64,000 bases of DNA, taken from Naegleria gruberi (Eukaryota). The position numbers and the translations under genes were made by a program. The DNA lies in assembly GCA_000004985.1 (NCBI GenBank), contig GG738916.1, one strand, 5' to 3'. Within the stretch, counting starts at the first letter, position 1; each line of letters opens with the position of its first letter. Below are positions 43,478 to 52,526 of this stretch, in pieces. The notes beneath the pieces were generated by a model, which worked only from the letters and a program-made list of their open reading frames with translations, was not told where the DNA came from and did no database searches.

Positions 43478-45155
43478 ATGTCTGTTGTATTTGACGAATT
43501 TGGAAGACCATTCATCATCCTCAGGGAACAAGATAAGAAACAAAGATTGAAGGGATTGGAAGCCATCAAGGTTTGTACTGATAATTATCATGAATCACCA
43601 ATATAAAAATTGTACCGAATATTTTTGACTTCTATACAACAATAACAACAATATCAATCATAATAATAATTTAATAATATCTAATACAACAACAACAACA
43701 ACAACAATTAAATAGGCTAACATCCAAGCTGCTATTAAAGTTGTGAATACATTAAAGACCTCTCTTGGTCCAAGAGGGATGGATAAGATGATGGTCAGTC
43801 CCGATGGAGATGTTACAGTGACTAACGATGGTGCTACAATCCTTGAAAAAATGCAAGTCAACCATCAAGTTGCTAAGCTTTTAGTAGAACTTTCTCAATC
43901 ACAAGACGACGAAATTGGTGATGGTACCACTGGTGTTGTTGTTTTGGCTGGAGCTTTGCTCGAAAAATCATTGGAATTACTTGATCGTGGTATTCACCCA
44001 ACCAAGATTTCTGAAGGATATGAAAAGGCTTGCGAATTTGCCTGTGATGAATTGGAAAAAATCAGTGATAGACTTGAATTCTCAAAGGATAATATTGAAC
44101 CACTTTTCAAGACTGCTTCCACAACACTTAACTCTAAGATTATTAACAAGTTTAGAGAAAAGTTCGCCAAGATGTGTGTTGATGCTGTTCTTGATGTTGC
44201 CGATATTGACAGAAAGGATGTTAACTTGGATTTGATTAAAGTTGAAGGAAAGACTGGTGGTAGACTCGAAGATTCATGCCTTGTTGATGGTATTGTTGTT
44301 GACAAAGAAATGAGTCACCCACAAATGGTTAAATCAATTGAAAATGCCAAGATTGCTATTTTGACTTGCCCATTCGAACCTCCAAAGACCAAGAATAAGG
44401 GTAACGTTGAAATTGACACTGTTGAAAAGTATAATTCATTGTATGAACTCGAACAAAACTACTTTGTTGAACAAGTTAAGAGATGTAAAGACTCTGGAGC
44501 CAACCTCATTATTTGTCAATGGGGCTTTGATGATGAAGCTAACCACTTGCTTCTCCAAAATGAACTTCCATCCGTTCGTTGGGTTGGTGGTGTTGAAATT
44601 GAATTGATTGCTATTGCCACTGGAGGCCGTATCATTCCAAGATTTGAAGAATTGTCAGCTGACAAGTTGGGTTCTGCTGGAAGAGTCCGTGAAGTCACTT
44701 TCGGTACAACATCTGATAAGATGATTTTCATTGAAAACTGTGCTAACACTAAGGCTGTCACTATCTTTGTCAGAGGTGGTAACAAGATGATCATTGAAGA
44801 AGCCAAGAGATCTATCCATGATGCTCTCTGCGTTGTAAGAAACCTTGTCAGAGACAATAGAATTGTTTATGGTGGTGGTTCTGCTGAAATTGCTTGTTCA
44901 TTGAGATTATCTAACGAAGCTGATAAGGTTACAGATGTTGACCAATATGCTATTAGATCTTTTGCAGATGCTTTGGAATTCGTTCCGCTTGCTCTTGCTC
45001 AAAACTCTGGTTACAATCCAATCGAATTTGTTTCAAATGTCAAGGGCGAACAATGTATGAATAAGGGAACTAAGGACATGAAGGACCAAGGAGTCTTTGA
45101 AACACTTGTCGGTAAGCAACAACAAATGAGGCTGGCCAGTCAAGTTGTCAGATGA
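43478..45155 (+). CDS. T-complex protein 1 subunit epsilon (CCT5) chaperonin, 2 exons. C-terminus possibly affected by a 1-nt frameshift.
   Basis: Exon 1 is 43478..43570 ([31 protein letters not shown]). Intron 43571..43715 (GTTTGT…AAATAG) contains a (CAA)n run. Exon 2 is 43716..45155. Near-identical blocks to CCT5: [96 protein letters not shown]. Confidence 0.85.
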
Positions 45156-45635
45156 TCTTGAAGATAGACGGTAATTATTTTTTTTTTATATTATTTTCTT
45201 ACATTATTTTAACAAACTTCTATTGTTTAATTATTCGGATATTATTAAATCGTTACTCAAAAATTTTCACAGATGGTAAGTATTTTAAAAATCATTTACA
45301 AATTTACCTTTATTATAGTGATAATGAACAACTCAAGCCAATTCTAAATCAACTTTTTTACATTTTACAACCAAATAAATTATTTAATTTTATAAAATTT
45401 TGCAAAGTGGTGCTCTTTGGATAACTTGAGTGATTTATCCGTTTACAAAAGTAATAAGAAAATTCACATTCTGTTTGTTAATGAATTTGCCATTACAATA
45501 ATTTCTTATTGGAATGTGTTGTGACAATTGCTTAGGCTTCTACATGCACTATCGAATGTTTGCTTTCACGGTTCAGTTCGGTTTTCAACCATACCCTACA
45601 ATGTATAATTCATCGTTCGAGTAACATGAAATAAT

Positions 45636-46400
45636 TTATTCATCTTTGGTTTTTTTGTAAAGTCTATATCTTCTTTTCTTAAAACACAAACAACAAAAGC
45701 TACTAGGAATGCAACAACCAGCACATATAATAACTTTGCATCCTGTACAAAGTGATAAATATTTTGCAAATTTGGGAATTGAGACAAACTTATATTGGAG
45801 TAATATAGAAAGAGACCAAGTTGTAAAATTGAGAATACATAAAACCAATAAACCCCAACTGAGTCCTGTAATTCTTTCAAAGTCTTTAGATTTGCAATTA
45901 TTATAAGCTCCATTTACTAGAACAAATAATACAATTGAACTAATAGACCACACAATACCAAATATTAAACAAATAATTAGCAAAGCAGATCCTGCCTTTG
46001 AATTTCGATATTCCCTTTCTTGTAAATCTATTGAAAAATATGAATACCAAATAAAAGTTGCCGGAACAGCTAAGAGTATGAAAAAACACCTCATATAGTC
46101 AAAGAACATTGTTTGGAAAGCAATACTTGTATAGTCTCTAGAGTCAACTATTATGGATCCAGGAGATGTACTGTTGGTATTTGTTATATTGGCCATTGTT
46201 GTTGTGTTTGTTTCTGTAGTAGATGATAAAGAACAACCATAACCAGGTACATTATTCACAATGATATATGGGTCTGTTTGTAATCTTGAAGCATTACTCC
46301 AAAAAGCTGCATGGCCAATACATGAAATAAATATCATGAGAAAGTTAAATAGGGTTAGGTACTTTCTGATGCGTTCGTTATCTTCTAGTTTGTCTGTCAT
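45636..46400 (-). CDS. Tetraspan (4-TM) membrane protein with Cys-rich cytoplasmic tail; lineage-specific family.
   Basis: 254 aa. Four hydrophobic helices, N-glycosylation-type sequons in the first loop, tail CTGCKVIICAGCCIPSSFCCLCFKKRRYRLYKK. Confidence 0.55.
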   Translation of the reverse strand: MTDKLEDNERIRKYLTLFNFLMIFISCIGHAAFWSNASRLQTDPYIIVNNVPGYGCSLSSTTETNTTTMANITNTNSTSPGSIIVDSRDYTSIAFQTMFFDYMRCFFILLAVPATFIWYSYFSIDLQEREYRNSKAGSALLIICLIFGIVWSISSIVLFVLVNGAYNNCKSKDFERITGLSWGLLVLCILNFTTWSLSILLQYKFVSIPKFAKYLSLCTGCKVIICAGCCIPSSFCCLCFKKRRYRLYKKTKDE

Positions 46401-46531
46401 GGTTGTATCGGTATTTTTTTTAGGGTGTGAAAGTTAAGTTGACAATTATGCATAATTAAATTAATTAAATGGTTATTCGAATATTTTATTCGAAAGCTTG
46501 ATAATTATTAGCGAAGAATCATCACACAAGC

Positions 46532-47983
46532 TTATTGATTCAAAACATTTGTTCGTATTGTTCTGGGGTTTGAAGCATTTGGACGTTTTCTCACCACATT
46601 GTGCGTTTGTTGAAGGTAATATGGATCGTTTTGCAAATAAAGAGGGTTTCTATCAATTTTGTGAATTTGGTTAAACGTTCTCACAAATTCTGAAACGTTT
46701 CTATCTTTGGATTCATCCTCATCCCAAAAGACCTTGTCAATTATTGTTGAGATTGCATCACGAATGAGCTTACCATATCGTTTGTGGAACGTCATGCTAT
46801 AGTAACAAATATAAGACAATACCCAAATAAAAACCTGAGCCAACGCCAAAACAAAGACTGTTAACACAACATTAAGTTTGTCTTGTGCATTGGAGGAACA
46901 ATCAGTGTAGACTGCAATGTGCCAAGAAAATTGAATGACCACAGAAGCTACAGCAACAATACATGAAATTCCAAATGAAAGAATTAAGAGAGAGAAACTG
47001 AACATGTCCATAAAATAGTCATATGCTTGATCTCTAACTTGGGAATTAAAATCACCAAACCAAGTAATTGCAAGAGGAACAGCAATAGCAACAATATAAT
47101 TTCTAACAAATTCTGTCAAACCAACCAAAACACTGCTATTATACTGTTCAAATCTTTGGCAACTATCACTAGGAGGATTTGCAACATAGCCATTATTAAT
47201 GATCATCAAATTAGAATCAGTCAATAAACGATTCAACATGGTAAAGAAAATAGCATATGAGACACATGTTGTCATCAAAAACAGGACTGAAAAGCAGCTT
47301 ATCATACTTCTAACTGCTTCATTGGTGGTTTTTTGGTAGCTGTAGAATTCACTATCCAAAAATAAGTCTTTGAGTGATTCTAATGTTTCGTGGTCAATTT
47401 CTTTTGTATTGTTTCTACTCTTTGAAAGTTTAGAAGAACGTAGGATTTTGATTTGTTCATACGCATCTTTAAATTCTTTAGGTGGAAGAGTATCCTTTAC
47501 AAATCTATCAAACTTTTCAATAATTATTCCATAGTCATCGTGCACAATATTTTTGCGTGTCATGGTTGACATTAGTCGAGTGTAAGATATCAACTTTTGA
47601 GCAAGAGACATATTTGGACCAATGTTATTACTACCACCATGTGAAATCAAGGTATTTCCAATATTTAATGTTTGCATAGGTCCATTGGTACCAATAACTA
47701 TAGATGTAACAGGTTGACCACCTGTTGATGAACTTGGTATTACACCATCAGATAAACTATTAATTGTGGAAATTGAGTTGTTAGTTCTTGTCAATACTAT
47801 CTCATCTGTTATGGGTTCAATTTGAGTCAAGACATTTTGTGTTGCTTGCAAATGATTATTTGGTACAACAATAAGAGTTTGTGGTGGTAATGATGATGAG
47901 CGTTGTGGTACTTCCTCCTCGATAATAGTAAGCTCCTCCTCCTCCTCACTCACCAAATTGTTTCTGTTGTTGGATGCTGACAT
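46532..47983 (-). CDS. Multi-pass membrane protein with N-terminal soluble domain; paralogous family with 49702..51195 and 51362..52504.
   Basis: 483 aa. Ser/Thr-rich N-terminal region, then a TM-loop-TM-TM-TM architecture (…AIFFTMLNRLL…IVAIAVPLAITWFGDF…FSFSLLILSFGISCIVAVASVVIQF…VVLTVFVLALAQVFIWVLSYICYY). Confidence 0.55.
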   Translation of the reverse strand: MSASNNRNNLVSEEEEELTIIEEEVPQRSSSLPPQTLIVVPNNHLQATQNVLTQIEPITDEIVLTRTNNSISTINSLSDGVIPSSSTGGQPVTSIVIGTNGPMQTLNIGNTLISHGGSNNIGPNMSLAQKLISYTRLMSTMTRKNIVHDDYGIIIEKFDRFVKDTLPPKEFKDAYEQIKILRSSKLSKSRNNTKEIDHETLESLKDLFLDSEFYSYQKTTNEAVRSMISCFSVLFLMTTCVSYAIFFTMLNRLLTDSNLMIINNGYVANPPSDSCQRFEQYNSSVLVGLTEFVRNYIVAIAVPLAITWFGDFNSQVRDQAYDYFMDMFSFSLLILSFGISCIVAVASVVIQFSWHIAVYTDCSSNAQDKLNVVLTVFVLALAQVFIWVLSYICYYSMTFHKRYGKLIRDAISTIIDKVFWDEDESKDRNVSEFVRTFNQIHKIDRNPLYLQNDPYYLQQTHNVVRKRPNASNPRTIRTNVLNQ

Positions 47984-48089
47984 TATTTTTTAAAAATGTG
48001 GAAAATTTTAAAAAAACTTTTAAAAAAATCACCTTATAACCATGAATACCAAAAGTGATTTTAAATCCAAAACAGAAAAAATAGCCTAA

Positions 48090-49646
48090 ATGCGCCTGTT
48101 ACCTTTTCTAAAGTTGAATAACAAACCAAGAAGAGAATCAGCACGGCAATTATTGCTCTCTGATGATATTATTTACATTATTCTTCCATGCTTGCATCAA
48201 AATGAAATTATTAAATTTGCTGGTGTTTGTTCATCGTGGAGAAGAATTGTTATTGATGCTTCCGAAGGTAGTTTCTCTAATGTATTATATCATAGGAGTG
48301 AATTTAAGAAAATACCAATGAAAATGGAGAACAAGAGTGAAAACCAACAAGTTTTATTAATGTTTTCAAAATTTGATTTCTCTGATTGCAATTTAACTTT
48401 ATCACAATTCAAAAGAATATTCATGTCAACTAAATTGACATCATTGACACTATGCCGTACAAATATTATGATTTTCCCTTCTGAATCACTCACATTTCTA
48501 ACCATTAATCAAATTAATCTTTCTCTAAACAATATTGAACAATTAATATTTCAATTTAAAAATTTGAAAAATTTAATTTTATTACATACTAATGTTGATT
48601 GTGAGTGCATTGATCTTATTATTAATAATAATCAATTAGAGAGTCTTATTATTGAGCAGAAAATAATATCTGAGAGAGGATTCTCTGCCGTGTTCAATCC
48701 TCATTTCAATTCATCACTCAATACCCTTCATGTTAAGAGTTTGAACACAGAGGAATTTCTTAGTTTTAATATTGATACACTTAAATTTCCTCATTTGAGA
48801 ACATTGGAAATTATTGGATTATTTGATAGATTAGTGCTTGAGAAAATATTTAATTATGGTCTTGAATTAACGTATTTAGCAATATTGACAACGAGCATTA
48901 TGAGCTACGATGTTGATTTTTCATATGTACATCAAATACCCTCTCTCAAATCATTTTCCTATAATGGACCTCTTAATAATGTAGATGTTCAACAATTTCT
49001 TAATAAGGATATGGAACATATTCTGTTTTCAGATCTTGACACAGTATCATCATTGAATTTATCTAGAATACTTTGTGACAAATATACTAGTTTAATTTCA
49101 TTAGAGCTTTCAAATTGTGAATTACCTACAAATTGTGGACAATACATTTACAATTTAAAACACTTGACAAAACTAGATATGGGATATAGTAAAATACAAT
49201 CAACAATTTGTGGATATATTTTCAAGATGAAAACTCTGGTTCATCTCAATCTAAAATGTTGTAAATTAAGAGATGACGGATTGAAGTATTTAGAACATCA
49301 CAACTTGGATAATATACAGACATTAATTCTAGAAGAAAACGAATTTACATATATTGGCTTTGAATACTTAATTCGTGCCAAATTTCACCGTCCATTGAAA
49401 TATCTTTCCATTTTTGACCATATTAATAATAAGGGAACAATACATTTTGACACTGACCACACTCTTAATGTTAAAACACTCTTTATTTGTGATAGGTATA
49501 TAGATTATAGGGGAGTAATTTCTATTCTACAAAATTGTATAATAGAAGAATTAATTATCAAGAAACCACAATTACTCTATCTTGGATCACACTCCATTAA
49601 ACAACTTTCAAAGAAGAATCACGTGAAGGTAGTAATGTTTATATAA
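48090..49646 (+). CDS. F-box/LRR-like protein (AGVCSxWRRIV subfamily, divergent member).
   Basis: 518 aa. F-box-like LLSDDIIYIILPCLHQNEIIKFAGVCSSWRRIV, then LRR-like units (LKNLILLHTNVDCECIDLII…LTKLDMGYSKIQ…LVHLNLKCCKLRDDGLKYL). Confidence 0.65.
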   Translation: MRLLPFLKLNNKPRRESARQLLLSDDIIYIILPCLHQNEIIKFAGVCSSWRRIVIDASEGSFSNVLYHRSEFKKIPMKMENKSENQQVLLMFSKFDFSDCNLTLSQFKRIFMSTKLTSLTLCRTNIMIFPSESLTFLTINQINLSLNNIEQLIFQFKNLKNLILLHTNVDCECIDLIINNNQLESLIIEQKIISERGFSAVFNPHFNSSLNTLHVKSLNTEEFLSFNIDTLKFPHLRTLEIIGLFDRLVLEKIFNYGLELTYLAILTTSIMSYDVDFSYVHQIPSLKSFSYNGPLNNVDVQQFLNKDMEHILFSDLDTVSSLNLSRILCDKYTSLISLELSNCELPTNCGQYIYNLKHLTKLDMGYSKIQSTICGYIFKMKTLVHLNLKCCKLRDDGLKYLEHHNLDNIQTLILEENEFTYIGFEYLIRAKFHRPLKYLSIFDHINNKGTIHFDTDHTLNVKTLFICDRYIDYRGVISILQNCIIEELIIKKPQLLYLGSHSIKQLSKKNHVKVVMFI

Positions 49647-49701
49647 AGATTCATTTCATTCATTTATTTGATTATCCAGAGTTGTGGTTTTTATCTTGAT
49701 T

Positions 49702-51195
49702 TCAATAAGTTCTGTTTAAATCATTTTCTAGTTCCAACCAATGCCAACTTTTCCATTTCTCAATTGCTTGTTTTTGAGGTTCATTTTTAAGCTTGGTGAT
49801 GGCAACATCCAGCTCATGCTGTCTATTTCCAATTTCTCTGTGTTGAAGTTCAATTTCTTCAGTGGAGTTAGATGCTTGAATAACAGGCTCTGTAAATAAC
49901 ACACTATAGTTCACATTTTGAATGCTGTGTGTTTTGGTATTGTGATAGCTGTAGTATTTTCTTTTCTTTTGGTTTTTTGCCTTCCTAAATTGTCTATTCA
50001 TTAAAATTCTAAAACAACCGAATGCAGGTATAAACAGCATAAACAAAATACTACCAACAACTTGAGTCCAAAATGCACCAAGCATGAGCTTTAGGTATTC
50101 ATTTGGAGCTATTAAATTAATGGCTGTATTAAAACTGATACCAATGGCAATGTTTAAGATAATGGTAATAAAAGTAATGAATTTAAATGTAACCTCGAGA
50201 ACATTTGTAACGGTATCACTATTAATCAATATACTCTTATTGTTGATTGAATTTAACATGGCATCCATAATTGTCAAAAAGGCTGCATATGAACCTGTTT
50301 TGAAAAAGCTTGAATTTAAAATATCGACTATAGAAGCCAATATTTTGCTATCTCTGAAGTTTTGATTATGATCAGTATACTGAGTAGTATCATTTCTGCT
50401 GAAGTAGCTTGGATAGATACCTATAGGGCCTTGTTTGTCAATTCCTAACCCTGACAAAGTGTCGAAGGGAATGAGATCACTAAGAGTGGTCATTACAATT
50501 AACAAACTGATAGCAGCACCGAACGCAAGATTGTACCATGAAACAAGTGAGGTTTCTCTTTTTTGAACAAAGTCCTTCTTGTTTGTTTTGATATCTTTCT
50601 CAAGAGTTTCGTATTTCTTTTCAACTTCTCTTATAGCTGTAAGAAATTTTCTTTTCCCCTCCCAACCATTTTTAGCATCTTGGTTAGCAAACAGATTTAC
50701 TAAAGCTTCAACATCTTCTACCAAAACATTTCCATCAACAAGGATAACACTATTATAAATATTTTTGTAAAGGCTATTCAACTTTGTAATATCTACACCG
50801 TGCCAAAACGATGTCCAAGTAGTTGCACCATTCTCCCCAAAATAAAAATCGTAAAAAGCTATTTCAGTGTTGACTGGTGAATCTGGTATTTTGCTAATTA
50901 CACCCTTCAAACCATAGTAGCTAGTGGCAATCAACTCAATTCTCTCTCCAACATAGTCTGTAGTGTCAATTCCTTCTAAATCACCCAAAGTGTTGTACTT
51001 TCGTATTTTCTCAACATTTGCTTGTACAAAATTATGACAGTTGTGGAAGGATGTAGAGGCAAATTTGATAAGTTTTCCCACCTTTTTCCATTTTTTGTAA
51101 CGCCAAGCATAGTCGCTGGTGTCTCCTGTGCGTGCCACAATACCACAACAACCTTTGTTGGTTTTCTTGCCTTTTGCTTTGTTCTGAGATGACAT
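49702..51195 (-). CDS. Multi-pass membrane protein (same family as 51362..52504 and 46532..47983).
   Basis: 497 aa. N-terminal soluble region with IREVEKKYETLEKDIKT…KRETSLVSWYNLAFGAAISLLIV, paralleling IRALEEKYLGFKKSIKT…KPREASLIALFNISFGIWMG in the neighbouring gene. Then four TM helices and a basic tail. Confidence 0.55.
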   Translation of the reverse strand: MSSQNKAKGKKTNKGCCGIVARTGDTSDYAWRYKKWKKVGKLIKFASTSFHNCHNFVQANVEKIRKYNTLGDLEGIDTTDYVGERIELIATSYYGLKGVISKIPDSPVNTEIAFYDFYFGENGATTWTSFWHGVDITKLNSLYKNIYNSVILVDGNVLVEDVEALVNLFANQDAKNGWEGKRKFLTAIREVEKKYETLEKDIKTNKKDFVQKRETSLVSWYNLAFGAAISLLIVMTTLSDLIPFDTLSGLGIDKQGPIGIYPSYFSRNDTTQYTDHNQNFRDSKILASIVDILNSSFFKTGSYAAFLTIMDAMLNSINNKSILINSDTVTNVLEVTFKFITFITIILNIAIGISFNTAINLIAPNEYLKLMLGAFWTQVVGSILFMLFIPAFGCFRILMNRQFRKAKNQKKRKYYSYHNTKTHSIQNVNYSVLFTEPVIQASNSTEEIELQHREIGNRQHELDVAITKLKNEPQKQAIEKWKSWHWLELENDLNRTY

Positions 51196-51361
51196 TCTCA
51201 GTCCTGTAACCTTGTGTTATTTTTTCTCGGCTATTAAAAGTATATTAACTTTTAAACAGAAAATAATACGGTGCGATTGAGCTCTTGAATGGTTTTGTCT
51301 GGTTGACCGTGAAACCTAATTCAATTTTTGGATAAAAAAAATATTAAAGAGCACTTTCAGC

Positions 51362-52504
51362 ATGGTTAACATTCGTGATTTTGATAAACAGCCTGAAGCA
51401 CGAAGTAAAGCAGCACGAAATGAAGCAACCCTAAAAGAAGAAGAGGACAACACCACACTTTATCAATGGTTCCTAGATCTTGGTAGAGCAATCCAAAATG
51501 CAGGTACAGAAGATAGTCCCTTGTCTAAATTGATGTTAGTTTCCAAAGAACAATGGTTTTTGGATGCCAAAGAATTTGTTTTTAAGCCACCTAAAACACA
51601 ATACAAACATAGATATGTTCTTGTACTTATTTCCAATTTGAAGACTTTGATTGTTGGTACTGAAATTTTACTCAAGAAAAAAGACGACAATGTTGATAAA
51701 ATAGAGCAGCTAACCAGTATAAGAGCTTTGGAAGAAAAGTATTTGGGGTTTAAGAAATCGATCAAGACTCAACAAAACTCATTGCAAAAGCCAAGAGAAG
51801 CTTCATTGATAGCATTGTTCAACATATCATTTGGAATTTGGATGGGTTTGTTCCTTTTGTTGTTGTCCCTTGGTTCAAATGCTGGTTTTGCTTACAAAGT
51901 TGAGACAACTGCAAATGATTTGGCAAAAGCCATAAATTCTACATTCATATCAAAACCTATTAGCAACATGACACTTAATTCTTCAAGCAATATCACACCA
52001 AACAATATAACAAACCACAATGAAGAGATCATTGCAGACATTCGTTGGTACATGGCATCAAGAGGATTCACCAATTTATTCAGCCTTTTCAGTAGCAGTG
52101 TTGTTCGTATTACAACTTTTTCAATCCTGATTACCATTATTGACTTGCTTCTTGGACTTGAATTTAAGGATTACCTTACCTCTGCCTCCTTTAAAAAGAG
52201 AAGACAATATTTTTTCTATACTTTTTACTTTTGGATTAGTTCTGGATTTTTAGCTCACCTTTTTATTTTTGTACTCTTTGTAGCATTGTTTAATGGTGCA
52301 GTAATTGGTGATGGAACAATGTCCTTTCAAACTTTTGTGTCAGTGGTCAAGTCTGTGCAGATTGTTGGCCTAATTGGAATGTCTGTTGTATTGCTCTCTA
52401 CTGTATTCATCAAAATTTTCCTGGTTTGGCAAGTAAGGAAGAGTGAAGAAAGATTTGTTGGTTCTAAAAAATCTAAAGGTTGCTGCCGTTGCTTTTGTTG
52501 TTAA
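51362..52504 (+). CDS. Multi-pass membrane protein with Cys-rich C-terminal tail (paralog of 49702..51195, divergently transcribed).
   Basis: 380 aa. TM helices and tail SKKSKGCCRCFCC. The two ATGs (51195 minus, 51362 plus) lie 166 bp apart. Confidence 0.55.
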   Translation: MVNIRDFDKQPEARSKAARNEATLKEEEDNTTLYQWFLDLGRAIQNAGTEDSPLSKLMLVSKEQWFLDAKEFVFKPPKTQYKHRYVLVLISNLKTLIVGTEILLKKKDDNVDKIEQLTSIRALEEKYLGFKKSIKTQQNSLQKPREASLIALFNISFGIWMGLFLLLLSLGSNAGFAYKVETTANDLAKAINSTFISKPISNMTLNSSSNITPNNITNHNEEIIADIRWYMASRGFTNLFSLFSSSVVRITTFSILITIIDLLLGLEFKDYLTSASFKKRRQYFFYTFYFWISSGFLAHLFIFVLFVALFNGAVIGDGTMSFQTFVSVVKSVQIVGLIGMSVVLLSTVFIKIFLVWQVRKSEERFVGSKKSKGCCRCFCC

Positions 52505-52526
52505 TAATATAAATTAGTTTGCTTTA

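Noticed and set aside
43681-43710. (CAA)n microsatellite
   Set aside because: A simple-sequence run inside the first intron of the CCT5 gene. Not a separate feature of interest.
45152-45424. ORF 45152..45424(+) '[12 protein letters not shown]…' as an independent gene
   Set aside because: Only its first six codons (MILKID) make sense, as the displaced CCT5 C-terminus. The rest is AT-rich 3' flank translated by chance.
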